DNA from: a virus
Taxonomy: Duplodnaviria > Caudoviricetes
DNA length: 64,000 bases
Strand: one strand, 5' to 3'
Virus record (IMG/VR): IMGVR_UViG_3300027805_000006
How positions within the stretch are numbered: the first letter of the stretch is position 1; each line of letters opens with the position of its first letter. The notes under the pieces were generated by a model, which worked only from the letters and a program-made list of their open reading frames with translations, had not been told where the DNA came from and did not search any database. Positions 39,144 through 47,719 of this stretch are shown here, piece by piece. The position numbers and the translations under genes are program-made.

Positions 39144-39314
39144 TTACAGGTTTTGGGCGATTTTTTCAACTAAAGAACTTACAGCCTCAATTCCATCTCC
39201 TGAAATATCGTACTCGCTGAATGAACAGATTACTTCTCCATCCATCCAAACCTCAAGAATATCAGGGTCATTCTCAGAAATCTCTGCGAATAGCCGTTGT
39301 TCGGGGTCTTTCAT
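39144..39314 (-). CDS. hypothetical protein
   Basis: ORF with GAGGA RBS. Confidence 0.5.
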   Translation of the reverse strand: MKDPEQRLFAEISENDPDILEVWMDGEVICSFSEYDISGDGIEAVSSLVEKIAQNL

Positions 39315-39568
39315 TTTCTTCCTCTTTCTGTTCAATCACAAACTGCTGATAATCTTTTCTCAGCGTAAGGTCATCTTCAATGATTGTTGGTAGTGGTGAA
39401 ACGGGTATCTTATCTAGTCTATACCAGCCATCTCTTAGACGGACGAGTTGATAACGTGAGAAGCGGCGATACCACCTAAACCTGTAAAGTGCGCGCAGTA
39501 GAAACACGTTATTCTCACCAAATATTTTATAACATCTGTTTCTATGTATAGAAAAATGGGATATCTAT

Positions 39569-40009
39569 TCAATAATCTTCTTCGTCATCATCATAATTGT
39601 TATCTTCACTGTCAGCATCAGTATCAATCTTGACGTTTCCAAAAATAATTTTTCCGTTCTTGTAGTAGCAAAAAACAGGGCCAGTGAATTCAACTAGATT
39701 TGTTCCCATCATATTGCTAATTCCATTTCCGAACGGGATAATGCCTATCAGCCCAGCATCAACGCCATAATTCCTTCCTTCCTCATCCTGATATGAGCCA
39801 TCTCCCCAAGCCGTGGAAAATGCAACAACATAGCAATCATGCCCGATTTCTGTTTTGAACTTTGCCCAACACTGACCATCAAAACAATCGCTTTCGTCTA
39901 GAACGTGGTCCCATTCTTCATCGGGAACTGTATAGCATGGATCACCAATAATATACTTCCCTGGTGGAAGCATAATTGATTTTTCACCCCTAATGAAATT
40001 AATTTCCAC
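39569..40009 (-). CDS. hypothetical protein (IGDPCY..GDG.Y..VDAGLIG family)
   Basis: ORF track; motif pattern typical of DUF4241-like proteins. Confidence 0.6.
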   Translation of the reverse strand: MEINFIRGEKSIMLPPGKYIIGDPCYTVPDEEWDHVLDESDCFDGQCWAKFKTEIGHDCYVVAFSTAWGDGSYQDEEGRNYGVDAGLIGIIPFGNGISNMMGTNLVEFTGPVFCYYKNGKIIFGNVKIDTDADSEDNNYDDDEEDY

Positions 40010-40043
40010 TGCTTTTCTCCAAATGAAGGTAAAAGATAATACT

Positions 40044-40073
40044 ATTTTACCACTGTTTTGGTAGTTTGTAAAC
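40044..40073 (-). promoter_or_regulatory. early promoter GTTTAC-N18-TAAAAT
   Basis: Exact T4 early -35 hexamer. Confidence 0.65.
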
Positions 40074-40095
40074 TACTTTTTGGAAAAAATTTAGG

Positions 40096-41118
40096 TTAAA
40101 GGTCTAGAAGATTAGCAAGTTCCTTAGACTTATTTGACAGCGTGTTCTTGGTTTCATCAGCCTTCTTTTTGGCAATATCTGTCTGAGCCTTGTCAAACTT
40201 TGTTGCTACTGCTCCAGCGCTGGCTTTTTCAAGATATACAGTCTTTATTGCTGCAACAACATCCTTTGCCGTCTTGAATGCTGCAAGGTGACCTTTACCA
40301 AGAACATTGCTCTTCTCAAGAGAAAGAGCAATTCCCTTCACAACGTCTGCAAGATCAGCGAAGCGCACCTCCTGCTTTCTCATTCCAGGTCTCTTTTGGA
40401 GTAGCGGGTGTGCAACGAATTTTTCAGCACCGAGGTGCTTTGTTGTCCATTCGGCAATGTGATGACCGAAATTCTCAAAGTCCTTGCTAATCGTAACAAC
40501 TTCATCTGGCTTCAGCGTCTTGAACTTTACAAGTTGTCCAGCCTTCTTCTTCGCTTGAACGCCAAGTTGATTGATGGAAAGGTGGAGAACGTCAGCGAGG
40601 GAAGAATACAGATAACCTATAAGGGCACCCTTCAATTTGTACTCAGGAGTTGTTCTGTACTGCGCCCATTCTGCGGAGTCTGAAAAGGTCTTGATAAGAT
40701 CCACCTGAACATATTGACCATCTCCAATCTTGAAGATAACTTCCTTACCAGCAGGATCTTTCGGTCTGTAGATAAAATCTAAGTCCTGCGTCTTGATGAA
40801 CTCAGCAACTGCTTTTTGGTACGCAGAAGAAACCTTACTTTCAGACTTATTCTCTACCTGAGGTAATACCATTAGAACATCTGCATCGCCATACTCGTGT
40901 TCGGGTCTCTCAACTTCATCTTTATCAACGTAGGCTGTTGATCCAACTGGAATTGAAATAGAAACAGGCTCAAGATCTTGCTTCTTGAGGAAGACGTTTA
41001 GCGCTTTTTCAAATTTTGGAAGAAGAGCAAGTGCCTTCTTAACATTTTTCGGCGTAAGAGAAACTGTCTGCGTTATAGCATCTGACCAACCGCCCTCGAA
41101 CAACTCCTGAATCTTCAT
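40096..41118 (-). CDS. Pol-beta-superfamily nucleotidyltransferase, late
   Basis: VGS...YGDADVL, later VQVDL; GTAAATA (RC 41141-41147) upstream; ELFE|G N-terminus. Confidence 0.65.
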   Translation of the reverse strand: MKIQELFEGGWSDAITQTVSLTPKNVKKALALLPKFEKALNVFLKKQDLEPVSISIPVGSTAYVDKDEVERPEHEYGDADVLMVLPQVENKSESKVSSAYQKAVAEFIKTQDLDFIYRPKDPAGKEVIFKIGDGQYVQVDLIKTFSDSAEWAQYRTTPEYKLKGALIGYLYSSLADVLHLSINQLGVQAKKKAGQLVKFKTLKPDEVVTISKDFENFGHHIAEWTTKHLGAEKFVAHPLLQKRPGMRKQEVRFADLADVVKGIALSLEKSNVLGKGHLAAFKTAKDVVAAIKTVYLEKASAGAVATKFDKAQTDIAKKKADETKNTLSNKSKELANLLDL

Positions 41119-41151
41119 ACCACCTCCATTTGCATGGAGATATTTACTGGT

Positions 41152-41544
41152 TTAGAAGCATTCCTTTAGTTCATCAAACGCAATTTCTGCCTCAACTCCC
41201 TTAACTGGGCGGGGAAAGTCAATGTAGCCGGGCAAGTACTCACCGCGCTCCCTTAAAACCTGCCTAAGGTTGTCGATGATGTCCTTAGACTCCTTCAAAG
41301 GAAGCCCGTAGTGCAGTCGAACCTTCTTGATCGCATCGATCTGTTGTTGCTGGATAATCATTTCCTTAATTTGCAGGCTTAGTGCCTCAGGCGTTTCGCT
41401 TACCTGAGCCTTAACTAGGCGAATGTAGATTTCAGGGTACTCAGCGACGAGCGTGGATGCAAGGCGCACGTAGTTGATTTCGTACTCCATCGAAAGAGCG
41501 ATCGCCTTCTTGATCAGCGAAGGATCAACAGGAGGATTTTGCAT
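41152..41544 (-). CDS. protein with ribosomal bL12 C-terminal-like motif
   Basis: IDAIKKVRLHYGLPLKESKDIID. Confidence 0.55.
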   Translation of the reverse strand: MQNPPVDPSLIKKAIALSMEYEINYVRLASTLVAEYPEIYIRLVKAQVSETPEALSLQIKEMIIQQQQIDAIKKVRLHYGLPLKESKDIIDNLRQVLRERGEYLPGYIDFPRPVKGVEAEIAFDELKECF

Positions 41545-41559
41545 AACAGTGTGAGTTGA

Positions 41560-41769
41560 TTAGCGGTTAGCCTTGACCTTGCGGGCTTCAGAAGATAGAA
41601 ATATTGCCCATTCGTTGAGCCGTTGTGTCTTATCAAGGGCTCTTGTCAGTTTTTCTACGTGGCGCACAAGAGTTTGATTTTCGGGAGTTACTTGTTGATC
41701 AGCCGCAGAGATGATGCTTAAGATCTCTTCGTCTGAGAGTTCATTAACGTACTGTTCAACTACGCCCAT
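41560..41769 (-). CDS. hypothetical protein
   Basis: ORF track, start trimmed to ATG. Confidence 0.45.
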   Translation of the reverse strand: MGVVEQYVNELSDEEILSIISAADQQVTPENQTLVRHVEKLTRALDKTQRLNEWAIFLSSEARKVKANR

Positions 41770-41770
41770 T

Positions 41771-42208
41771 TTAGTTACCTGCAAATCGCGCAATTTCCTT
41801 ATCGTCGTCGATATAAGAAAAGTTACTTCTATTTACTTCAATTAGGTTTTTACGTGATAATTGCTCTAATGCAACGAACATAATTGTGGCACTTAAACCT
41901 GATGCAAAATCTTCAGTATTAAAGATTGATTTTCCTTCACCCAATTGAAGAACTACAGAAAGAGCACCAAGGTCATGCATCGCGGCTTGAGCATCCTCTG
42001 ATAACTGGTCCGAGTATTTGTTGGACGCAACAATGGCATCACACAGTGTTGAAAGATATTTCAGGTCGGAATCTGGTAGATTTTCAAAGAACTCACCGGG
42101 AAGAAGGTACGTTTTGCTCTTTACAGTAAAGGCAGCCATCTTCACCACTGATGATATGTTACTATCACCCACGATATTATCAAGATTGACATACATGACT
42201 TCATCCAT
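41771..42208 (-). CDS. hypothetical protein
   Basis: ORF with AAGGAG RBS. Confidence 0.6.
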   Translation of the reverse strand: MDEVMYVNLDNIVGDSNISSVVKMAAFTVKSKTYLLPGEFFENLPDSDLKYLSTLCDAIVASNKYSDQLSEDAQAAMHDLGALSVVLQLGEGKSIFNTEDFASGLSATIMFVALEQLSRKNLIEVNRSNFSYIDDDKEIARFAGN

Positions 42209-42219
42209 TTGCTGCTCCT

Positions 42220-42684
42220 TCAATCGTGCGAACATTCTTCTGTCTGAATACCATTCTTCGTAACTATCACCTTGCAGTGGTCACCAAAGGTAGTTTTCAG
42301 AATCGGGAGCAGCCCTTCATTTTCAATGATTTGTTTCAATTCATCGCACAGCGCAGTATTGAAAATGAAGTCCTTGCTTTCATAGCCAGTATAAACCTGT
42401 GCATCTTCGTATTTACCTTCATATTCACCCCAACGAATATTTTCCGGGTCAGGAACGTTGGTAAAGCAAACAGATTCTCCAACCTGAAAGACACATTCGC
42501 TTCCATCATTAAAGTACGGGGTATATTGAGACCACACGATTGCTCGAACCTTTGGATTTTGTCCAAAGAACTCCTTGAACATATCTTTCAGATTTTCACT
42601 GGCTTCTTTTTCAAACTTTGCATAAAATTCTTGATACTCCTGTAGGAGTACGTTATACCGATTAATAAATTTATTCATTATCAT
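42220..42684 (-). CDS. conserved phage protein (WSQYTPYFNDG..C.F)
   Basis: ORF track; recognisable motif. Confidence 0.65.
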   Translation of the reverse strand: MIMNKFINRYNVLLQEYQEFYAKFEKEASENLKDMFKEFFGQNPKVRAIVWSQYTPYFNDGSECVFQVGESVCFTNVPDPENIRWGEYEGKYEDAQVYTGYESKDFIFNTALCDELKQIIENEGLLPILKTTFGDHCKVIVTKNGIQTEECSHD

Positions 42685-42919
42685 TCTCCATTAGGTATTC
42701 GCCTTCTGCCAATTCACAAATCTCAAAGAAGGGAGTTCTCCTAATTGCTGGACTATCTGGTAGGTCAGACCATACGTTGTTCCAAAAAGTGCAGACATCC
42801 TCAGGAGTTTTAATGCTTCGCTTAAACATCTCAAGATTGTATGCAACAATATCAACGTAGTAATCTTCTTTTTCTACCGTGCAAAGAAGACCTTGGTGGC
42901 GTGAAAGAATATCATTCAT
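42671..42919 (-). CDS. hypothetical protein
   Basis: ORF track; coupled. Confidence 0.55.
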   Translation of the reverse strand: MNDILSRHQGLLCTVEKEDYYVDIVAYNLEMFKRSIKTPEDVCTFWNNVWSDLPDSPAIRRTPFFEICELAEGEYLMENDNE

Positions 42920-43098
42920 ACCACATCACCTTTCATCTCATCTGGAACTAGAGAAACCTTTTCTGCGGGAAGTGCAAGACAGGAAGTATCAATGATAGGA
43001 ACATCTTCCCATGTTTCACCATGAAAAAATTGAAGAACTTTTTCTGGACCATCCCACCCGGGTCGGACAATCCAGCGCAGCTTAATAATTCCTTGCAT
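42916..43098 (-). CDS. hypothetical protein
   Basis: ORF track; coupled. Confidence 0.55.
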   Translation of the reverse strand: MQGIIKLRWIVRPGWDGPEKVLQFFHGETWEDVPIIDTSCLALPAEKVSLVPDEMKGDVV

Positions 43099-43099
43099 G

Positions 43100-43954
43100 T
43101 CAAATCTCCACGATTTTTGGATAGAAAGGGTCTATCTCTTGACCTCCTCTTTCGTAACCAACATATCCGCGCGGGTTACACACAACCCTGCACTCGCCAA
43201 TTTCATAGTCTGAATCGTTGTGCATGTGGCCATGAACCCAAAGTTTAATCTGTGGTCGGTCAAGAATGAATTCACTTAGGTCAGAGAAGTACGCGCCATT
43301 CACAAGATGCTCGTGCTTGTACTTTTCATGTACGCTCAGCGAACTAGGAGCCATATGACTAATCACTGCTATCTTGTGGTCTTTACGATCGTCAATTATT
43401 GCTTTGAAGTAATCCAAAGTTTCTTTGTGCCGTTGCATAGTATGAGCAGGTCTAAGTTTTGTGTATCCCTGCCCATCATGTCTAATCATACGATAATCGT
43501 TCATCATATCAGCAACTGCGTGGAGAGTAAGAGGGTCTCCACGATTCATGTCTGTCCATAGTGTCCCTCCTACGAACGTAACATCAGCAAAAGTGAAGAT
43601 GTCACGTTCTAGAAAATGGACATTTGGATACGCAGCATATTCTTCACGAAGAGTTTCAATGCTTTGTAGCCACTTACCATGATACAACTCATGGTTACCT
43701 GCAACGACAATTACATGTGGAAATTGAAAACTCACTCGACTGATAAAGTGGCGGTATTCAATAGCCTTTCGCTGCCTTGACCCCATTGCGTTTAGGACGT
43801 CGAGCGAATATGAAATGTCTGTTCTCGCGTGACGGTGGAGTTCATCAGCAACAAGAATATCACCTGCAAGCACAAGCACATCTGCACCCTCAGCATTAAT
43901 AATGCTTAAGTCACCTATCTCTAGGTGCAGGTCAGAACAGATTGCTAGTTTCAC
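43100..43954 (-). CDS. calcineurin-like metallophosphoesterase
   Basis: SDLH, LAGDI, AGNHE, SHMAP, HGHMH. Confidence 0.88.
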   Translation of the reverse strand: MKLAICSDLHLEIGDLSIINAEGADVLVLAGDILVADELHRHARTDISYSLDVLNAMGSRQRKAIEYRHFISRVSFQFPHVIVVAGNHELYHGKWLQSIETLREEYAAYPNVHFLERDIFTFADVTFVGGTLWTDMNRGDPLTLHAVADMMNDYRMIRHDGQGYTKLRPAHTMQRHKETLDYFKAIIDDRKDHKIAVISHMAPSSLSVHEKYKHEHLVNGAYFSDLSEFILDRPQIKLWVHGHMHNDSDYEIGECRVVCNPRGYVGYERGGQEIDPFYPKIVEI

Positions 43955-44014
43955 GTATGTTTATAAAAAGTTAATAAAGTATATACTGGGTGTAACTTAT
44001 AGTGATTTTTTTAA

Positions 44015-44227
44015 TCACTCCACCTCGTCAGTACGCTCGCTACGGACAATATCGAGATTCATACGGAATAGATTGATGATGAGATATACAAGAACACTGG
44101 TTGCAGAACCGACCATTAGGATGTTTGTTGGAATAAAAAAGACTGCTGCGCTGACGGCTAGAGCGGCCAGCACTGCAATAAGTAGAGGAGCAGCAGTGCG
44201 AATAGCGGCTTCCTTGATATCAGACAT
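44015..44227 (-). CDS. small two-TM membrane protein
   Basis: Hydrophobic segments; AAGGA RBS. Confidence 0.55.
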   Translation of the reverse strand: MSDIKEAAIRTAAPLLIAVLAALAVSAAVFFIPTNILMVGSATSVLVYLIINLFRMNLDIVRSERTDEVE

Positions 44228-44418
44228 TTTCAGTTCCTTTCAGAAGTTTGCTTTGATAAGATGCATTATAACATAAAAAGGTGTGCTGGATACATTAATT
44301 TGTAACTAAATGTAATTTACTGATGAGTTAAAACTCTTTAGGAGACCAGACCTTTGTACAAGTGTTTAGAAATCATTCAATATCGCAAAACGAATAACTT
44401 AATCTAATGATATAGACT

Positions 44419-44562
44419 TCAACCCGGTCCCGTAAAGATAGCAGCAGCCCCGTATTGACCTTCTAGTATCATACGGGCTTGAACAACATTCTCGGCTTGA
44501 ACGGTAACTTTAAAAGTACCTCCCGTGCGGGGGTCTCTAATCCACGCGGTATATGTGTTCAT
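44419..44562 (-). CDS. 47-aa ORF, not in track (MNTYTAWIR...)
   Basis: AGGAG RBS; translated by hand. Confidence 0.55.
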   Translation of the reverse strand: MNTYTAWIRDPRTGGTFKVTVQAENVVQARMILEGQYGAAAIFTGPG

Positions 44563-44563
44563 T

Positions 44564-44725
44564 TCAACTCCTATTCAGCACAGCCTGTAGAGCATACACG
44601 GCGTCATGTGTAGTAAAGAGTATAACATCATTTTCAATTACTGTATAGAGATTAGGTTGAATCTCATTGAGTTCATTCACGGTTTTTTCAACTTTGAGAA
44701 CTACGGTTTCGGTTTGTGTTTTCAT
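44564..44725 (-). CDS. 53-aa ORF, not in track (MKTQTET...)
   Basis: ATGA-coupled to a GVEE junction. Confidence 0.5.
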   Translation of the reverse strand: MKTQTETVVLKVEKTVNELNEIQPNLYTVIENDVILFTTHDAVYALQAVLNRS

Positions 44726-44958
44726 TCTTCAACTCCGAAATGTTCTCTTATAATCTCTGCACCAGAAATACCGTAGTCATTAACACGCAGGTTTTTAACT
44801 TGTTCAGCACATTTCCTGATCAACAACTCGGCGAACTTTTGGTTATACAGTTGAAACCACGCTTGGTTAAATGTATGGCGATCGGCTATACCCTCCGAAG
44901 CAATATCGTTGATAGGTTGAAATGCCTCTAGAGCAAGTTCTTTAATTCGTTCGTTCAT
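44722..44958 (-). CDS. MNERI-family paralog 1
   Basis: MNERIKEL..KFAELLIRKC..EHFGVEE. Confidence 0.75.
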   Translation of the reverse strand: MNERIKELALEAFQPINDIASEGIADRHTFNQAWFQLYNQKFAELLIRKCAEQVKNLRVNDYGISGAEIIREHFGVEE

Positions 44959-45197
44959 TTGCATTCTTCTTCATAAATTCTTGTCAGGTTTTTGAATACG
45001 TCCATAGCAGAATCGTTAGTCAAAACGTGAGCAGCCACCACGGTAATGATATCTTTGTAAATCAATCCGGCGAATCGTTGGGCACTGGCTTCACCTTGCC
45101 AATATACGGTAGGAGGATTGCCATCAAGTGCAGGATCACCATCGTAGTGGCGAGTTCCGTGTGCTTGGCGATATAGTTCTTTCAATCGTTCGTTCAT
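44955..45197 (-). CDS. MNERI-family paralog 2
   Basis: MNERLKELY..RFAGLI; non-canonical C-half. Confidence 0.7.
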   Translation of the reverse strand: MNERLKELYRQAHGTRHYDGDPALDGNPPTVYWQGEASAQRFAGLIYKDIITVVAAHVLTNDSAMDVFKNLTRIYEEECK

Positions 45198-45454
45198 ACT
45201 AAGTTATCCTTTAACCACCCGATAACGGTCCATTGTTTTACAACAAAAGTTCCATCACCGAATACCGGATTAGCAAAATCGTTCAGAATTTCAAATGGAT
45301 TTTCCGGATCATCTAACCTAACACCATGCTGTTTACAGAAACCAATTAATTCATCTCTATCATAAAATATCTTGCTGGGACCATGGACACCAGGCATTTC
45401 AAAGTTGAATGATTTCCTCCATAATCCTATGTCTCTGGGATAAAAGGTAATCAT
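45194..45454 (-). CDS. hypothetical protein
   Basis: ATGA-coupled at both ends. Confidence 0.6.
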   Translation of the reverse strand: MITFYPRDIGLWRKSFNFEMPGVHGPSKIFYDRDELIGFCKQHGVRLDDPENPFEILNDFANPVFGDGTFVVKQWTVIGWLKDNLV

Positions 45455-45681
45455 TCTTCAACTCCGAAATGTTCTTTAATCTTTGAACCAATCACCAACC
45501 CAGGACCTGACATTTTCGGTAGGTCATATGTAGAGGCAACATCGACACAATCCTTGATGATCAACTCTGCGAACTTGTCCATAAAGTTAACCTGTGTTTC
45601 CCAAGAATTGTTTTGCCCGCTTGGATAGGCGGCGGAGGCAGTAGCAGCCTTGTCCCAAAGTTCTTTAATTCGTTCGTTCAT
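45451..45681 (-). CDS. MNERI-family paralog 3
   Basis: MNERIKEL..KFAELIIKDC..EHFGVEE. Confidence 0.75.
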   Translation of the reverse strand: MNERIKELWDKAATASAAYPSGQNNSWETQVNFMDKFAELIIKDCVDVASTYDLPKMSGPGLVIGSKIKEHFGVEE

Positions 45682-45866
45682 TCTACCACCTCGAATGTAA
45701 TTTTGACCCTAGAACCCACTGGCAATTTGTCGCTGAACCAAAAGTAATCTTCGGGCAAATTGTTTTTAGAGTGATCAAACAATGCTTCAAGACGATTCAG
45801 GATTGGCAAGTTCCTTGCCGTTTCCTCATCATCGAACAAGGTCATTTCAAATTCTGCTTTCATCAT
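45678..45866 (-). CDS. hypothetical protein
   Basis: ORF track; coupled. Confidence 0.55.
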   Translation of the reverse strand: MMKAEFEMTLFDDEETARNLPILNRLEALFDHSKNNLPEDYFWFSDKLPVGSRVKITFEVVE

Positions 45867-46018
45867 TCACTCCCTACCGTCTTCCCAAGTTCGATGGTAA
45901 CTTCTTGGCACTTGCCGTAATTGATGAAACTGCGCCGAACTTCATGCGCTTCTTCCAGTGTAGCGCAGGGCAAACGAGCAGTCTCGTCGTCCTGCAGGAT
46001 AACTACGGTGTAAGTCAT
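45863..46018 (-). CDS. 51-aa ORF, not in track (MTYTVVIL...)
   Basis: Coupled at both ends; translated by hand. Confidence 0.5.
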   Translation of the reverse strand: MTYTVVILQDDETARLPCATLEEAHEVRRSFINYGKCQEVTIELGKTVGSE

Positions 46019-46215
46019 CACCGATCTCCAATAATGTCCACTGACTTGACCAGTTGATCTCGGGAATCAACATATTCGCATTCTTCCTTGGAAACTGATC
46101 GAACAGCAATTCCCAAATCCAATTGCTTTTTGATAAATGCCGAGGCATCAGAGTAGTTGCGGAATGCTCGTTGTTGGTAGGGAACCGCACCATAGTTAAC
46201 TGTATATTGCTTCAT
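46018..46215 (-). CDS. hypothetical protein
   Basis: Starts at a GVEE junction. Confidence 0.55.
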   Translation of the reverse strand: MKQYTVNYGAVPYQQRAFRNYSDASAFIKKQLDLGIAVRSVSKEECEYVDSRDQLVKSVDIIGDR

Positions 46216-46457
46216 TCTTCAACTCCGAAAATTCTACGGATCTTGCCGCTGATTGCACTAGCGGTATCATCGCAGCCTTGCTCGTATGGCTCCATCTCCC
46301 CGTATTCAGCAGGACTGGTGCTATGATGTTCGGTCATAGCCAAAATCGCACATTCCTTCGCAATCAACTCGGCGAACTTTAACTTGTCTTCATTAGTCCA
46401 ATGAACTCCAACCTTTTCATTGAGGTTGTAGATCATTTGTTGAATTCGTTCGTTCAC
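46212..46457 (-). CDS. MNERI-family paralog 4
   Basis: MNERIQQM..KFAELIAKEC..IFGVEE. Confidence 0.75.
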   Translation of the reverse strand: MNERIQQMIYNLNEKVGVHWTNEDKLKFAELIAKECAILAMTEHHSTSPAEYGEMEPYEQGCDDTASAISGKIRRIFGVEE

Positions 46458-46466
46458 AGCAGCTCC

Positions 46467-46727
46467 TTACATCGGGCGGAGGAGCGAGCCAGACACGTTC
46501 CAGTTGCCGTCAAGACCGCAGTTCACCGAGACCATCTTGATCTTGACCTTAGTGACAGTACCCGTAACGTCCTTGCCGAATCGCGAGCAGAAGAACTTGA
46601 CCTTCTGGCCGGCTTGGAACGATTGAGCTGCTTGCACGCTGCGAACCTTCATGATCTTGGCGATCTGAGCGTTCAGGCTGCGGAGTTCGGTAGAGGACAT
46701 TGCGTTGAGGGTTTTCATGTCGATCAT
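46467..46727 (-). CDS. early protein with SH3/KOW-like C-half
   Basis: FQAGQKVKF..VTGTVTKV; AAGGA RBS; directly behind a promoter. Confidence 0.65.
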   Translation of the reverse strand: MIDMKTLNAMSSTELRSLNAQIAKIMKVRSVQAAQSFQAGQKVKFFCSRFGKDVTGTVTKVKIKMVSVNCGLDGNWNVSGSLLRPM

Positions 46728-46756
46728 TTTGTTTCCTTGCTTGATTTGATAGAACA

Positions 46757-46786
46757 ATTATATCAAGAAGTCAAATTGTTGTACAC
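46757..46786 (-). promoter_or_regulatory. early promoter GTGTAC-N18-TATAAT
   Basis: Duplicated cassette; see 47008. Confidence 0.7.
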
Positions 46787-46805
46787 CAGTAGTTGACTAA
46801 AACAG

Positions 46806-46976
46806 TCACCTATACGAGCTGCTGTATTCCACAATAAAGCAAGAGGGAAAGATTGTGTAGAACATATCAGCCGCGTCAAAAAGATCCTTAGCAAAGATCG
46901 TGTAGTCGAACTTCACGACAGACTCAGGAACCATAGGATCGACCAACTCGCCGCCAACAAACTTGTACTCATTCAT
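46806..46976 (-). CDS. 56-aa ORF, not in track (MNEYKFVGG...)
   Basis: AAGGA RBS; behind a promoter. Confidence 0.55.
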   Translation of the reverse strand: MNEYKFVGGELVDPMVPESVVKFDYTIFAKDLFDAADMFYTIFPSCFIVEYSSSYR

Positions 46977-47007
46977 TTCGTGTTCCTTTGCTTGATTTGT
47001 TAGAACT

Positions 47008-47037
47008 ATTCTATCAAGAAAGTCAATTGTTGTACAC
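47008..47037 (-). promoter_or_regulatory. early promoter GTGTAC-N18-TAGAAT
   Basis: Near-copy of the 46757 cassette. Confidence 0.65.
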
Positions 47038-47070
47038 CGCGCAGAACAATAGTTGACTAAAACAGTACAC

Positions 47071-47241
47071 TTAGCCTAAGTTGTTGATTCTAAACGCTTT
47101 TTTCAGAATCGACGCATCCTGCAGAGCGGTGGACAAACGGTCCATGGTAGCGTATTCCAAACCATTACCTACATAAACAGCCGGCTTACCCATTTGCTTT
47201 ACAGCAAGACTTTGAATTTCATGCCACGGACAAACTTTCAT
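47071..47241 (-). CDS. 56-aa ORF, not in track (MKVCPWHEIQ...)
   Basis: Starts at a GVEE junction. Confidence 0.5.
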   Translation of the reverse strand: MKVCPWHEIQSLAVKQMGKPAVYVGNGLEYATMDRLSTALQDASILKKAFRINNLG

Positions 47242-47477
47242 TCTTCAACTCCGAAATGTTCTTTCAAATCTGACACACAATGCATCCTGCCTGTATTGTA
47301 ATCGCTATTACCTACTCTGCTATTACAAACTTGAATACATTCCCTGACAATCAACTCGGCGTACTTTTCCATTTGTTCAGAACTGACCACATAGTCTCCT
47401 TCGTTCCAATCACTGGGTAATCCAAGAGGTTTCCACCAATCAGCCTGTTCAGCAAGTTCTCTAATTCGTTCGTTCAT
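47238..47477 (-). CDS. MNERI-family paralog 5
   Basis: C-half identical to that of the 50026 gene. Confidence 0.78.
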   Translation of the reverse strand: MNERIRELAEQADWWKPLGLPSDWNEGDYVVSSEQMEKYAELIVRECIQVCNSRVGNSDYNTGRMHCVSDLKEHFGVEE

Positions 47478-47719
47478 TCTTCAACTCCGAAATATTTCTT
47501 AATACGAAGGGCACATTCCATCTCTACAGTATCCCGAGGATCTGCTTTTTCCATGACACAAGCATGGACACATTCTTCAATCAACAGCTTGGCGAATCTT
47601 TGGGCACTGACCTCATCTTGCCAATATACGGTAGGAGGATTGCCATCAAGTGCAGGATCACCATCGTAGTGGCGAATGCTGTGGGATTGACGGTATAGTT
47701 CTTGAATTCGTTCGTTCAT
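47474..47719 (-). CDS. MNERI-family paralog 6
   Basis: N-half shares a 59-bp block with the 44955 gene; start trimmed to MNERIQ. Confidence 0.75.
   Translation of the reverse strand: MNERIQELYRQSHSIRHYDGDPALDGNPPTVYWQDEVSAQRFAKLLIEECVHACVMEKADPRDTVEMECALRIKKYFGVEE

Noticed and set aside
44605-44625. TGTTATACT as a promoter -10
   Set aside because: Lies inside the coupled 44564-44725 ORF and has no matching -35.
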